From the NCBI RefSeq assembly GCF_964213995.1, contig NC_135813.1, positions 60,140,001 to 60,204,000 on the forward strand: DNA of 64,000 bases, in the 5' to 3' direction. A program made the position numbers and the translations under genes. The stretch is from Mustelus asterias. Lineage: Eukaryota. Within the stretch, counting starts at the first letter, position 1. Each line of letters starts with the position of its first letter. Positions 13,913 to 26,894 of this stretch are shown piece after piece. The notes beneath the pieces are model-generated. The model was not told the DNA's origin. It did not search any database and was given only the letters and a program-made list of their open reading frames with translations.

Positions 13913-14263
13913 TCAGAACAGTCAACGTGGTGCCTCCGCCGAAGTAAAGCATGTCGTTCGTCCACCAACCACAATAATACACGGCGTCATCCTCCGATTG
14001 AACATCGGTGATGGTTAAATAAGCGCTGTTAGTTGACGATTGGGTCCTTCCAGAGAATCGATCAGGGACCCCGGTACCTTTGCTATCACCGTTAAGATCA
14101 TGATAGAGCAGAAATCGAGGACCGTTTCCGGGTTTCTGCTGGTACCAGCCTATATCAGCGTTTCCCAAACTTCCGCCAGACGCTGCGCAACTTAATTTAA
14201 CCGTTCCTTGCGGCGCGATGGACACCGATTGCTGCTGAGTTAATCTAATCTGCGCGTTTGAAC
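13913..14263 (-). CDS. IGLV: Joined VJ exon, cluster A (L-part2 + V + J in one ORF)
   Basis: Conserved first Cys (KLSC), WYQQKP, RFSG and EDDAVYYC run directly into FGGGTTLTVL and then the A|GTAAGT donor. No RSS between V and J. Confidence 0.95.
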
Positions 14264-14375
14264 CTAGAACAGATGAAAGAATATTAGAACATGGACTTCA
14301 TGTGACCAAGATCTCTATTATACTTTTCTATACAACAAAACATTACTCCGACTGAAATATGTGTTGAATACTTAC

Positions 14376-14427
14376 AGACTGCGCAGATTATCAGAGTCGT
14401 AACGACACACACCCACTCGGACATCAT
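14376..14427 (-). CDS. Leader exon (L-part1), cluster A
   Basis: ATG ATG TCC GAG TGG...GTC T|GTAAGT encodes hydrophobic MMSEWVCVVTTLIICAV. 112-nt intron to the ttctag acceptor at 14264-14265. Confidence 0.9.
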
Positions 14428-14500
14428 GAATTCAGTGAGGCTCAGGAACCTCGGCAGGTTGCAGGCAGAAGGTATTAATGTTTACCAAGGTCACTTTGCC

Positions 14501-14644
14501 TTATCAATGTTAAGGGTGAGGGCGTGTTACCACGTGGTCTTTGACTATGCAAATACAGCTTGAAGTTACAAGCCCCCAATCCAGTATTAACGTTCGCCGT
14601 TCTTTACATCAAAGGACTGTGACTTGGCGCAATTGGACAATCTC
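14501..14644 (-). promoter_or_regulatory. V-gene promoter, cluster A: octamer, CCAAT element, E-box, TTGATAA
   Basis: ATTTGCAT (plus-strand ATGCAAAT 14547-14554) about 120 nt upstream of the ATG, in light-chain orientation. CACGTG 14531-14536; TTGATAA 14501-14507; GAGATTGTCCAATT 14631-14644, shared with cluster B. Confidence 0.85.
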
Positions 14645-16117
14645 GCATAGGATTTATTAATAAGTACAGTCACATGTTGTTATTTATAACTGCATAAACA
14701 GCGTATTGAAGTCGGCATTCACGATAATTTGATCTTTCATTTTACATGTAACCTTCGGAAAGAAAGTTTAATAACTATTTGCGCATCTCTTACTGTGCAA
14801 TATATAACAACAATGTTCATAAACTTAAACACCGATACGTAGAAATTCAGCTACTGTACATTCCGACAAAATATAAGCTGATAAGATGTTAGCTTTACAT
14901 TGAAGTACATTATATGATGAGCTGAACGATGTTAACGCATTGCGGTTTTATCAGCCTTCCTTACTAAATGCATTTACGGGAGATTGTCTCCAATGAAAAC
15001 TTGAATCCAATTAATAGCACGCTGATAACTTTTCTCTCCGATACAGACACCGAATACTTTAGGATGGATAACTAAACACTTTGACACAGATTCATTCTTG
15101 GGGTTTGTTTAATCTTGTCCGATTTGAAATTACACAGAATTAAAATAGAATTGGGGAATGGGTAGATAAATTTCAGTTATATTTAACACAGAGAAATTCC
15201 ATTGGTAAAGGAAAAATGAAGCAATACAATATAAAGGAAATGCTACAATTTAAAAAGGAATCCAAGAACAAAGAACTGGAATGTTCCTAGACAAGTTCTT
15301 GATGATGGCGGGAAAAATGGAGCAAGCTGAGAGAGCCTGGGCATCATTATTTAAGCACCCGAGGCCTTGTGGTGCAATGGTAGCGCCCCTACCGCGGGAC
15401 CAGAAGCTTGGGTTCCAGTCCAAAACTAATCAGGGCCTGCAGGCTACAGAAGCCGCGTTCAGAACGCGGTTCAACCCTTCCATCACACTCCCTCTCTCTT
15501 CCCCCTTCCCTCCCACCACTATTCCCCACAGGGTAAACAAGTGTGGGTGTGAATATACGCTTAAAAATATTGAAACAATCGAGTACAAAAATAAGAAAGT
15601 TAGACTAAACCTTTATAAAACACTCTTCAAACCGTTAAATTGTGGTCAAGCCTGGACACTTAAGAAGGATTTGAAAATATTAGTAAAGGTACAGATGAAA
15701 TTCGCTTGAGTGGCTTCAGAGATAAAGACTTTCAGCTAAATGAAGAGACCAGAATCACTGTTATTCTTGGAGAAGAAATCGTTCAGGGAAAATTCGATGC
15801 AGGTGTTAAAAATTAGGAAGACTTATAGAATAAGTAGGAGTCAAATGTTGTAAAGCGTGCAGATTAAATGTAATCCTCATAGGCATTGAGGTAGATTCTC
15901 GGCGTCAGATCAAACCCAAGATTAGGTGTCATTCCTTTTCTTGTCAGATTGGATCTTGTTTGTCTCTCTTGTGGGGACCATGAATTGAATTTAATTTTAA
16001 TTGCTTTTTGGATCAATCCAGGAGATGGATTAAGGGCTTGCCCTGCCCACTTTGCGCATTTGCTTTGTAACTTTAAGAAGGAAGGATTCTTTTAAAAAGA
16101 AAAGAGTGAGACCAAAA

Positions 16118-16745
16118 GACGTACAGCAGAGGGAGGCCATTCGGCCCATCGAGCCTGCTGCGCCATTCAATGAGATCACGACTGATCCGATGTGACAATC
16201 GTCGTCTCCACCTTCCCCCATTTTCCCCATAACCCTTGATTCCCTTACTGATTAAAAACTGTCTATCTCAGCCTGGTACATACTTGATAACTAGCCTCTA
16301 AAGCCATCTGCAGTAAATAATTACACAGATTCACTACCATTTAGTAGAAGAAATTCCTCCTCATTGCTGTCTTACGCGGACAACGCCTTATTCTGAGATT
16401 ATGCCCTCTGGTCCGAGACTTTCCCATATGGGGAAACAACCTCTCAGCATCCACCCTATCAAGACCCCCGCAAGATCTGATATGTATCAATAAGATCTCT
16501 TCTCGTTCCTCTAAATTCCAATGCGTATAGGCCCAACTTACTCAACCACTCCTCCTAAGAAGATCCCTACACATCGAGAATCAACTAATGAACATTTTCT
16601 GAGTGCCTCCAATGCCAATATAACTTGTCTTCGAAAAGGGGATCAAAATTATTCACAGTATTCCAGGCGTGGTCTAACTAGTGTTGTGTATAGTTTTTGC
16701 AAGAATTCCTTATTGTTATACTCCATTCCCTTTGAAATAAAGGCC
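16118..16745 (-). mobile_element. CR1 3' fragment
   Basis: Typical CR1 3' region with ggccattcggcccatcgag tail. Confidence 0.8.
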
Positions 16746-16751
16746 CAACAT

Positions 16752-18230
16752 TTGACTTGATTTGTTTTATTATTGTCACATGTATTGGGTTACAGCAAAA
16801 AGTATTATTTCTTGCGTGCTGTACAGACAAAGCACACCATACATAGAGAAAGAAAGGAGAGGATGCAGAATGTAGTGTTACAGTCATAGCTAGAGTGTAA
16901 AGAAATATCAACTTAATATAAGGTAGATCCATTCAAACGTCTGATGGCAGCAGGGAAGAATCTGTTCTTGAGTCGGTTGGTACATGTCCTCAGACGTTTG
17001 TATCTTTTTCCCAACGGAATAAGTTGAGAGAGATTCCATGTCCGGGGTGCATGGAGTCCTTAATTATGCTTTTCCGAGGCAGTGGGGTGCCAATTAAAGG
17101 GAGGCTGGTTTGAGTGATGGACTGGGCTTCGTTCACGACCCTTTGTAGTTCTTGTGGTCTTCGAGAAGGGGCCATACCAAGCTGTGATACAACCAGAAAG
17201 AATGTTTTCTATGGAGCATCTGTAGAAGCTGGTGAGAGTCGTAGTTGGCATGCCAAATTTCCTTAGTCTTCTGAGAAAGTAAAAGCGTTGGTGGGCTTTC
17301 CTAATTATAGTGTCGGCATGGGGGGAACCAGTACAGGCTGTTGGTGATCTGGACACCTAAAAACTGGAAACTCCTGGCCATTTCTACTTCATCCCCATTG
17401 ATGCATGCAAGGGTATGTTCTCCACTACGCTTCCTGAAGTCTATGACAATCTCCTTCATTTTGTTGACATTGAGGGAGAGATTATTGTCGTCGCACCAGT
17501 TCACCAGATTTTCTATCTCGTTCCGGGACTCTGTCTCACCATTGTTTAAGGTTCGACCCACTATGGTGGTGTCATCAGAAAACTTGTAAATCGAGTTGGA
17601 GGTGAATTTGGCCACACTGTTATAGGTGTATACGGCGTATAGTAGGGGGCTGAGGACACAGCCGCGTGGGGCATCATGTTGAGGATGATCGTGCAGGTGT
17701 TGTTGTCTATCCTTATTGATGGCGGTCTGTGGGTTACGAAGGTCAGGATCCAGTCACAGAGGGAGGCTCAGGCCACGGAGTTTGGATATGAGTTTCGGAG
17801 GAATAATGGTGATGAAGGCTGAAGTGTAGTCAATAAATAAGAGTCTGACACAAGTGTCTTTGTTATCTAGGTGTTCCAGGGGTGTGTACAGGGCCAGTGA
17901 GATGGTATTTGCTGTGGACCTGTTGCGGTCGTAGGTGAACTGTAGTGGATCCAGGCAATCCGGGAGGCTGGAATTCATTCATGCCATGACTAACTTTTCA
18001 AAGCACTTCATAATGATGAAAGTCAGAGCCACCAGACGATAAGGCACGCTGCTTGGGTTTTCTTTGGTACCAGGGGATGGTCGTCTTCTTGAAGCAGATA
18101 GGGACCTCAGGTTGTTTTAAAGAGAGGTTGGAGATGTCTGCGAATACTGATCTGCATAGGATCTGAGTGTTGGTCCGGGCCAGTCGCTTTCTGTGGGTTG
18201 ACCTTCGATAAGGCTGCTCTGTCACCTGCA
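16752..18230 (-). mobile_element. Rex1/Babar-type LINE, degraded
   Basis: LDPLQF..NRST..LEHLD.KDT.VRLLFIDY.SAF, KFSDDTTIVG, KAHQR.YFLRRLRKFG; tail TACATGTGACAATAATAAA. Confidence 0.85.
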
Positions 18231-18334
18231 ATGGTGACCTCAGATGTAGGTTCATCCGAGACTTCCGGGGTGGAGGGCATGCGCTCACTGACCTTTTATT
18301 CAAAACGGGCCTAGAATAACCCATATGCACCCAA

Positions 18335-20325
18335 ACGGTAGATATACAGTAGGGCAGAGAATAAATAAGGAGATAATGAGTATATGTAGAAAAGGCAATA
18401 CATTAATCAACGGTCACTTTAATCTTCATGTAGATTGGGAAAATCAAATTAGCAGAGATAGCCCTGAGGAAGAATTCATAGAGTGTAGTTGGGATAATTT
18501 CCTAGAGTAATATGTTGGTGATCCAACCAGGGATCAGACTATTTGGGACCTGGTAAGGTGTGATGAGGAGATTTATTAAACAATTTCGTGTAAAAGATCC
18601 CCTAGGAAACCGGGATCATAACATGGTAGAACTTAGCATTCAGTGTGAGAGTGAGAAATTTGGGTCCGGAACAACTATGTAAAACTTAAATAAGGGTAAT
18701 TGCAAAGGAATGAGGGCAGAGTTGGCAGGAATGGACTGGGAAGGTAGTTGAACAGAAAAGACAAGTAACGAGCAATGGCAGACATTTACGAAAATAGTTC
18801 ATGACTCACAACAAAGATAGATCCCTGCGTGGAAGAAGGATTCTAGGAGGAGGTTAATCAACCCATGGTTAAGCACAGAGGTTACAGGTCGCATTAAACT
18901 GAAAGAAAAAACATACAATGTGGCAAACATTAGAGGATTGGGAAAGTTTTTAAAAACAACAAAAGCTGATCAAAAATAAGGAGGGAAAAGATCAGGGTAA
19001 ATTAGCAAGTATTATAAAAATGGTCAGTAAGAGCTTCTTCAAATATATCAAAAGAAAGAGAGAGGCCAGAGTGAGCATAGGCCCCTTAGACAACAAGACT
19101 GGCAAAATAACAATGGGAACCTGGAAATGGCAGAAGAGTTAAATAAATACTTTGTCTCAGATGTCATGATGGAAGACAATAATAGCATTCCGAATATAAC
19201 AAATAATCGAAGGGAAGGGGGTGGGGGGTGGGGGGAGAGGAAGCAAATACATAACTATCACTGGAATATAAGCGTTAGAGAAACTAATAGGTTTAAAGGC
19301 CGATAGGTGCCCTGGACTTGATGGGTTTCATCCTCAGATATTAAAGGAAGTAGCTGTAGAAGCAGTGGATGCACTGGTAGTAATCTTTCAAGGATTCCTA
19401 ACTTTTAGATAAGTCTCAGAGGATTGGAAAACTGCCAATGCATCAGTCTTATTTAGAGCGTTTAGAAACACATTACATAATCAAGACATTGAGCATTGCT
19501 TCCTGAAGGGGTTATCATATCTGACAAAATCTTAGATATTAGAATATCTTAGATATTAGAATTCCGTGAAGTGGCAATGAGGAAGAAAGATAAATCCAAG
19601 TAACATACTTGGATTTGCAAAAAGATAAGAGCCCATGGTACTAGCATGGAAAGAAGATTGACTACCCATCAAAAGACTCAGTTGGGCGAAGAAGGGCATT
19701 TTCTGGATGGCAACCTGTAACTAATGGAATGCCACAGGGATCAGTGCTGGGGCCACAATTATTTACAATACATACTAATGATTTGGGCAAGGGAAGTGAA
19801 TGTACTATTGCCAGCTTTGTGGATGACACAAAAATAGGTGAGAAGGCAAATGGTGAGGATGACGCAATGAGTCGACAGAGAGATATAAAAACACAGAAAA
19901 TGCTGGATAGAGGAATATAGATGAGTTAAGTGAATTTTAAAAATTGATTTATGGGATGTGGCCATCGCTGGCTAGACCAGAATTTATTTCCCACTCCTAA
20001 TTGCCCTTGAGAATGTGATGGTGAGCTGCGTTCATGAACTAAGGAAGTCATGAGGTATAGGTACACGCACACTGCTGTTAGGGAGGGAGTTCCAGGATTT
20101 TGAACTAGCGACAGTGAAGGAACAGTGAAAACTTGGCAGATGGATTATAATGTAGGAAAATGTGAAGTTACACACTTTAGTAGGCAGAATAAATGAGCGG
20201 GATATTATTTAAATGGAGAAAGACTGCAGAAAGCTGCAACACAGAGAGATTTGGGGTCCTCCTGTGTAAATCATAAAAAGCTAGCATGCAAGTTCAGCAG
20301 GTAAGATGGAAGGCAAATAGAATGA
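18335..20325 (+). mobile_element. Degraded CR1 (endonuclease to RT)
   Basis: GHFN..DWE and [20 protein letters not shown] motifs with many lesions. Confidence 0.8.
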
Positions 20326-20730
20326 CAGGCATGTCAAACATGCCTACTGCTCTATCGCCCACCCACACTTTGGCAAATCAGACCCCAAGGCTGTGCTCCT
20401 GCACCCGGCTTACTTTCTCAGAAGACTAAGGAAAGTTGGCATGTCAGCTACGACTCTCACCAACTTTTACAGGTGCACCATAGAAAGCATTATTTCTGGT
20501 TGTATCATAGCTTGGAATGGTTATTGTACTTATTCCATATCGTATTAACAAAGCTACACTACCACCCTTTCCTTCCTGTCTAGCCTTCAGATCCCTGAAT
20601 ATTTAGTTCCTAGTTTTCATCTCCTATAACCACGACGCTGTAATGGCTATAAGATCATACCCATTACCCTCAATTTGTAGGTGGGTTCATTTATTTTATG
20701 CAGGATCCTATGTGCATTTAAGTAAAGATA

Positions 20731-20990
20731 TTGTGGAGATGCCAGCGTTGGACTGGGGCGGGCACTAAGAGGTCTCACAACACCAGGTTAAAGTCCAACG
20801 GGTTGATTTGGAATCACTAGCTTTTGCAGCGCTGCTCCTTCATCAGGTGAGTGGAGAGGTAGGTTTCACAAAGGTTTCATATATAGACAAAGACACAATT
20901 GCAAGATAATCGTTGGAATGTGAGTTTTTTCAGGTAATCAAGTCTTTACAGGTATGGACAGTGCTAGTGGAGAGAAGGGTAATCACAAAT
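20731..20990. mobile_element. Penelope-like element terminal fragment
   Basis: tgtggagatgccagcgttggactgggg...cacaacaccaggttaaagtccaac...ttcatcaggtga; same family as 48328-48540. Confidence 0.7.
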
Positions 20991-22637
20991 AAAGAGTCAT
21001 TAATTTTACATTTTAATAATTTCCCCATTTGACCCCATTTGCTTTTTTTTATGTTTGCACACGCTGCCCCTCCTATCACACTATGGGTACCATCACCTAA
21101 ATAGCTGCCGTGCCTGTTGCCACTTTGTGTGCACTACCTGAAAGGATGGCGGAAACACATGCAATAATCCATTCAATAATAGCTTTCAAGAAAGCATTGG
21201 ATAAGCAATTGAACTGGGAGGATGTTCAGGGAAATGGCCTCCTCCCTCTTTGCTATTTCATTATTTGATCGTCCAAAACAACAGACTTCTACACTGAACG
21301 ACCTCATTCGTTTCGTTCGATTCTCTTAGTCGCAGAATATGTCACACAAGTACCTTTACCTTTATTGGTTGATTCACCCTTTCGGCGGAAAGACTAATTC
21401 CAAGCAACCCGCTGAAAGCAACAGGAGCATTATACTGGACGGTGTCATTTCTTTTCATTATTGCCTGCTCACATCTTCAGCTATTATTTGAATGGTCTTA
21501 CTAAAAATATCTGAATCTGCAGAGAATCGTACATGTAAAATGTTCTAATCCTAATAATTCAATTAATTTTAAAATAAACAAAAGCCAACCTCAGTAATTA
21601 TGACCATTATAAATAACATTGCCAAGCAAACTCAGTTCAGGAACACTTAGAAATAGATAAAAATATTAGCCTTGCCATTGATGCGTGTGTCCCAGAAAGA
21701 ATATATTTTATAAAGGTGAAAAATAAGAAAATAGGTGTAAATAATTTAGCTTCAGTCAAGCATCATTATCCCTTCATGGACTATAACATGCAACACATTT
21801 GTGGCACATACTCAGCAATAACTTGCTCAGTGCTGCTCAGTTTTGTTTCTGCCTGAATCACACAGCTGCAACCGTTGTGACAGCATTTGCACAAACATGT
21901 GCTAAAGAACTGGGACGAGAGCTAGAGCTAGAGCTGGGGCAAGAGGTAACATCAACAGACCAGTTGACAGAGTAGGAATTAGGGAAAATACTCCATTAGT
22001 TTGAATCATACCAAACACAAAGGAAATCGGTTCTTATCGTTAGACATCAATCTCCTCGGCGTCACGATATTGCTGCAGGTGTTCCTCGGTGCAGAGTCCT
22101 CAGTCTACAGTTTCTTCATCAGGTTGGATGTGTAGATGTTCGCTGATGATTGCACAGTATTCACCGCCATTAGTAACTCTTCAGCTACTAAACCAACCTG
22201 TGTCCACATATAACAAGATCTGATAACATTCAGACTTTGACTGTTAAGTGGAAACCTGCAAGTGCCAGCCAATCATCGCCACCAAAAAGAGAGAATATAA
22301 GCATCGCTTGATGCGAAGGGCATTAGCGTCACTGAATGCTCCGCCATTAATAATTTAAGGAATTCCTCCATTGACCTGAAACTTAACTGGACCAACTATA
22401 CAAAGTTTGCTCTACAACATTAGGTACTCGGCAGTAGTAGCGCATCTCCTGATTGGCTAAAACGTGCTAACAATCTCCAAAGCACAAGTCAGGAGTGTGA
22501 ATGAGTGCCGATACTTGCCTGGATGAATGCAGTTCCAGCAACACTCATGAAATTCGACATCATCCAGGGCAAAGCACTTGGTTTGATCAGTGCCCCGTCC
22601 GTCACCATAAACATTCGCTCCTTCTACTTAGACTCAA

Positions 22638-23955
22638 AGTAGCAGCAGTGTGTACCATGAGCAAGATACATTGGAGGAACTCAGCAAGGTTCCTTCGGCA
22701 GTACCTTCCTTACCTCTACCATCTAAGAAGACCAGCTGACACATGGAAACACCACCACCTTCAATTCACACATCTACCTGACTTGGAATTGTATTAAAGT
22801 TCCTTCAGTGTTCTTGCGTCAAAATCCGGAACTCGCTTTGTAGAAAAGTCAGAAAACGGACTTTACCTTGCCTTTACTATATTGCTGTTTTCTGGCACCA
22901 TACTGTGTGTGTGTGCGTGTTGCTTGCTGTGTTTCCTACAAATTCTGCACTGCCTTCCCTTGCAACAAATCCCACAACTGAAGAAGAAACGGCGACTGAT
23001 TCTTAGCTGCTTCTCCGTCTGCCGTGTTTTTGTGAAACAAAACAGTAAAGGAGTTGTATCTGTCCTGGTATATTTCTTTTTAAGTCACTGGTTCTGGGCA
23101 TCATAACCAAGGCTGTATTTATTGCCTTTCCCTAGTTTCACTTGAGAAAGTAGGAGTGCACCATCTACTTGATCCAATATCCCTGCATAATGAAGGTGCT
23201 CCGAAGATGCTCTCGTGGAGGCAGTTCCGAAAGATTTATGCCGAAATGATGAAGGAGCAGTGCGTCATTGCAGGGGAACCCAGAGGTAATGGTTGCCCCG
23301 TGTATTTGCTTCCATTGTCCCTCTAGGCGCTGAAGCTCACAGGTTTAGCAAATGTGTCAAAGAGGCCTTGGTGACGTGTGCTGAATAGCATCCTGTTGAT
23401 ATCAACATATTTTATTCACAATGCACCCGTGGTGGAAGGAGTGGATGGGAACGATGATGGGTCAAGGACTGAACAAGTGGATTACTTTAACCTGGAAGAT
23501 GCCAAACATCTTGGTTGTTGTTGCAGCTGCACCAAATCAATCGCTCAGTGTTCCATCACACTCATGATTTGTGCCTTGTCACCGCCGGCACAGTAGCATC
23601 GGGCGGCACGTTGGCACAGTGGTTAGTCAGTGTAGACTCGATGGGCCGAATGGCCTCTTTCTGCACTGTAGGGCTTCTAAGATTCTGTGATGGAGAGGCA
23701 TTGGGTGAATGTCCAAAACTGAGCGATTTGCTACAGTAAAACCCTATCTCTCAACTAGACTTTTCTACAAATCGAATTCTGGGATTTTGACGCAAGAACA
23801 GTAAATGAACGTTAATACAATTCCAAGTCAGGTAGATGTGTGAATTGAAATTGGTGGTGTTTCCATGTGTCAGCTGGTCTTCTTCTACATGGTAGAGATA
23901 AGGAAGTTGCTGTCGGAGGAACCTTGTTGAGTTCATGGTACACATTGCTGCCACT
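22638..23955. repeat. Inverted duplication, arms about 22638-22850 and 23757-23955
   Basis: The arms are reverse complements of the same LINE-derived segment and share the breakpoint TTTGTAGAAAAGTC. Confidence 0.85.
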
Positions 23956-24250
23956 CAATGGTTTCTGATCAGTGATGTTCTTATGATGCGTATCATCTGA
24001 GTTTGTTTAGGAAAGTACCATTGAATTCAAGAGAAGGCTAGGTCATTGCTTGTTTTGTGCAAGCATACATAACTTGATTATCTGAAGAGATTGAGAGTGG
24101 GGCAGTGGCGTCATGATAATGTCACTGGACTGGTATTCCGGAAGCCGAAGCTAATGTTCCAGGGACACGTATTCAAATCCCACCATGGCACCTGGCAATC
24201 TGAGCTATAAAACATGTCTCGTTGGCCATGAAACTATCATCGATTGATGT

Positions 24251-24831
24251 TGTAAGGGGAAAAATACAAGGGACCACACTTTAAAATGGCTGCCTGGCAC
24301 ATAAAGGGTTAACTGGGAAAGAAGCCAAAAAAGCAGACACAGGCTCCTGCTGTTCAGAAATCACTTTAAATCAAAACCTAACAGACAAGCCATTTCCAAA
24401 TCACAGACAGTGACTCATAGCAAACAAACACCTCAGGAAGCCAAGCCAAGGGTCAAGACATCTCTTAAGATAAGGAAAACTCGAAACAAACAGCTTAGCT
24501 TAACCTTAGGAAGCGGGAAAATATGAATGCGAGGAAACCAATTAGCACCTGAATGAGACGAAACTGACTATTGACAGATACAGACATGAGGAAGTGTACC
24601 CATTCATAAAATGTTAAATGTCTATACCTGCTTGTACTCACTTAAACGATGTGATAATGTTCGAATCACCGGCTTACCCATTGTGTAAAAGGTATAAAAA
24701 TGAACCGCTCCTGACATTCTAGTGAGAGAAGGTTTGCTACAGACATGTGCCTTGTCTCCACGGAGCTCCGTTTAATAAATCGTATTTTCTGAATCTCGAA
24801 GTCTGACTACTAGTGGATTTTTCCCACAACA
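24251..24831 (+). mobile_element. Solo LTR (581 bp), TSD ATGT
   Basis: Termini TGTAAGGGG...CCCACAACA; ATGT at 24247-24250 and 24832-24835; TATAAA 24693; AATAAA 24774. Splits a tRNA-SINE. Confidence 0.85.
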
Positions 24832-25209
24832 ATGTGTAGAACAATACATCCAACATTAACACTAACACTTTGGGGGAGAAAATTATCTGTTCATACCTGC
24901 TGTGGCCTACATGCGACTCTATGATCCCACAGAAATGTGGTTAACTCATAGAAAGCCATTCAGTTTAAGAACAAATAGGATTGGTCACCAAGTGTGAAGT
25001 ATGGTCAACCTGAATCGGAAAATCACTAGAATCACAGGGGAAGCAGATGCAGAAGTTCAGATTGACATCACTCGCCCTGATGTGTTGTACAGCAAAATAC
25101 TGTACACTGACATGGTTCAAAAGTTCGCATGATAAATCCATTAATGCCAGATGAACTCTGCTATGAGGATCATCACTTATGTGCTTTGGTCAACACTAGT
25201 GCCGTGGCT

Positions 25210-26123
25210 GCCTGTGACCACAAACACTGCACCAATTCAACGGCATACACCACAAATATGCAGTCTCAAAAGAATACAACTGTTCCATCAGCAAAGATAA
25301 CATATGCATATCAGGCTCACTTGACCAACATTTCACCCGTTCGAAATTTAGAAGGCCACTTTGGAGTGTCGCTGAAGTATTCAGCAATGACCCCTCAGTC
25401 ATGATAACCAGTGGCAAAGTACTTGGAAGAATTGCAACAGAGCAAATTAATCCCAATAGTACAACCCGATAGATCGATATTTCTCTCTCAAACTGTGAGC
25501 AACGATAATGTTTTAGGATGGGCCATTTTAGAAGTTGCCAACTTCACGATATGGAAGATTAGAGCAACCGCACCCTCCACATGCAGAGCTTTTAGTCAGG
25601 TCCTGGAGTGCATCGTTGAATATTGCTCTCAGAGGATATTCACAGGCAGCCTATAAGATATCAGGAAGATGTGGCCTGGATATCTGATTTAATTGATATC
25701 TGATTCGTTATCATGCTACTGCCATAGGAAAGAAGGAAACAAAGTTATAACAGTTAGTAAGGTTCCACGTGAAAATCTAGTCTGTAAACTCAAATCTGTC
25801 GGCAATCAATGTAAATCTTGTGCATTGTTAATAAACTGATCGTTGTTCACTGTTTGAGAGGGGAGAGTCGATCTATCGCGTTGTACTATTGGGATGAATT
25901 TGCTCTGTTGCAGTTCTTCCAAGTACTTGTCCACCGATTAGCATGACTGAGGGGTCATTGCTGAATACTTCAGCGACAGTCCAAATTTCGAACGGGTTGG
26001 TGAAAGGTTGGCCGAGTGAACCTGGATATGCTTTCTTCGCTGATGTAACAGTTGTGTTCTTTTGAGACTGTACACTTGTGGTGTATGTCGTTGAGTTGGT
26101 GCAGTGTTTGTGATCACAGGCAG
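25210..26123. repeat. Inverted repeat, arms about 25210-25477 and 25868-26123
   Basis: ORFs 25129-25404(+) and 25873-26142(-) share ACDHKHCTNST.YTT..QSQKNTTV.SAK; the nucleotide arms are reverse complementary. Confidence 0.9.
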
Positions 26124-26377
26124 GATAGAAAACAACGGGCACCCATTAGAGAAATTACACCAGGCTAATGGAAGTACTAAATTGCCTGTCCAAGGCATAA
26201 CTCTTACAAATCTGCCTCTTTTCGGAACGTTTTGCCGAATGCGCATGCGGACAGTGCGCGGGGGCGTGAATGCCGGCGTCATCAGAGCGCGCCCAAATTT
26301 TGCCGGTGCACAGGTTAATCCACGCATGCGCACATCATCGCGCATAATACTGTCTCTTGACGTCACGTAATCGGGTG

Positions 26378-26820
26378 TTACAGATTAAGTAGTATCAGTT
26401 TTCGAGGTTTTAATGATAAAGGAAGAGCCGAGCAGCTTCCTACAGTCTTAACCTTGAAATTAGGCATCTGACAGGTTATTTTATTACAATGTATAAGATA
26501 ATGAACTCTCTCTGTTAAGGTACAATCGATTTTTCCCATCAGCTTTTGACTTTCTAACTCGTTAATTCTTATGAGGTGCCCAAGAAATTCCAACTGTCTC
26601 TTCCTGATCTTGGTCAACGGAGTTGTCCTGGTCTCAGAGTTTACTAGCATCTCTTTATTGGTGCTGTGACTTGTCCCAGATAGTTTCATTATTTGCCTCA
26701 AATAAACACAACTTTGCTGTTTCAGTTCTTCCTTGCCTTGTTTCCCTGATTGCCCAGCACTCACTTCACTCCAAATTGGTGTGGTGGAGTATTCCAGGAT
26801 TCTCAGCTTTGTTTCCATGG
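26378..26820 (-). mobile_element. RTE-clade LINE fragment
   Basis: IRKRQLEFLGHLIR..ELE..LMGKI, typical of the RTE ORF C-terminus. Confidence 0.65.
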
Positions 26821-26894
26821 TAAATTTTTAGTTGATCATTATCTTTTTCAGTTTATGGCATGTACATTTGGCCATTTTAGTCCTTCATCTTATT

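Larger units (their letters stand above)
9762..14427 (-). other. IGL: Ig light-chain cluster A (L-VJ-C), germline-joined, lambda/type II-like, apparently intact
   Basis: Three exons splice in frame (52+351+329 nt; GT-AG, phase 1) into MMSEWVCVVTTLIICAVCSNA-QIRLTQ...YYCGWWTNDMLYFGGGTTLTVL-IRGSSRPSVSLLPP...SGCE*. Octamer upstream, AATAAA downstream. Confidence 0.95.

Noticed and set aside
13970-13976. Cryptic heptamer CACAATA at the V-A YYC codons (possible V replacement signal)
   Set aside because: No nonamer at 12 or 23 nt; explained by Tyr-Cys codons.
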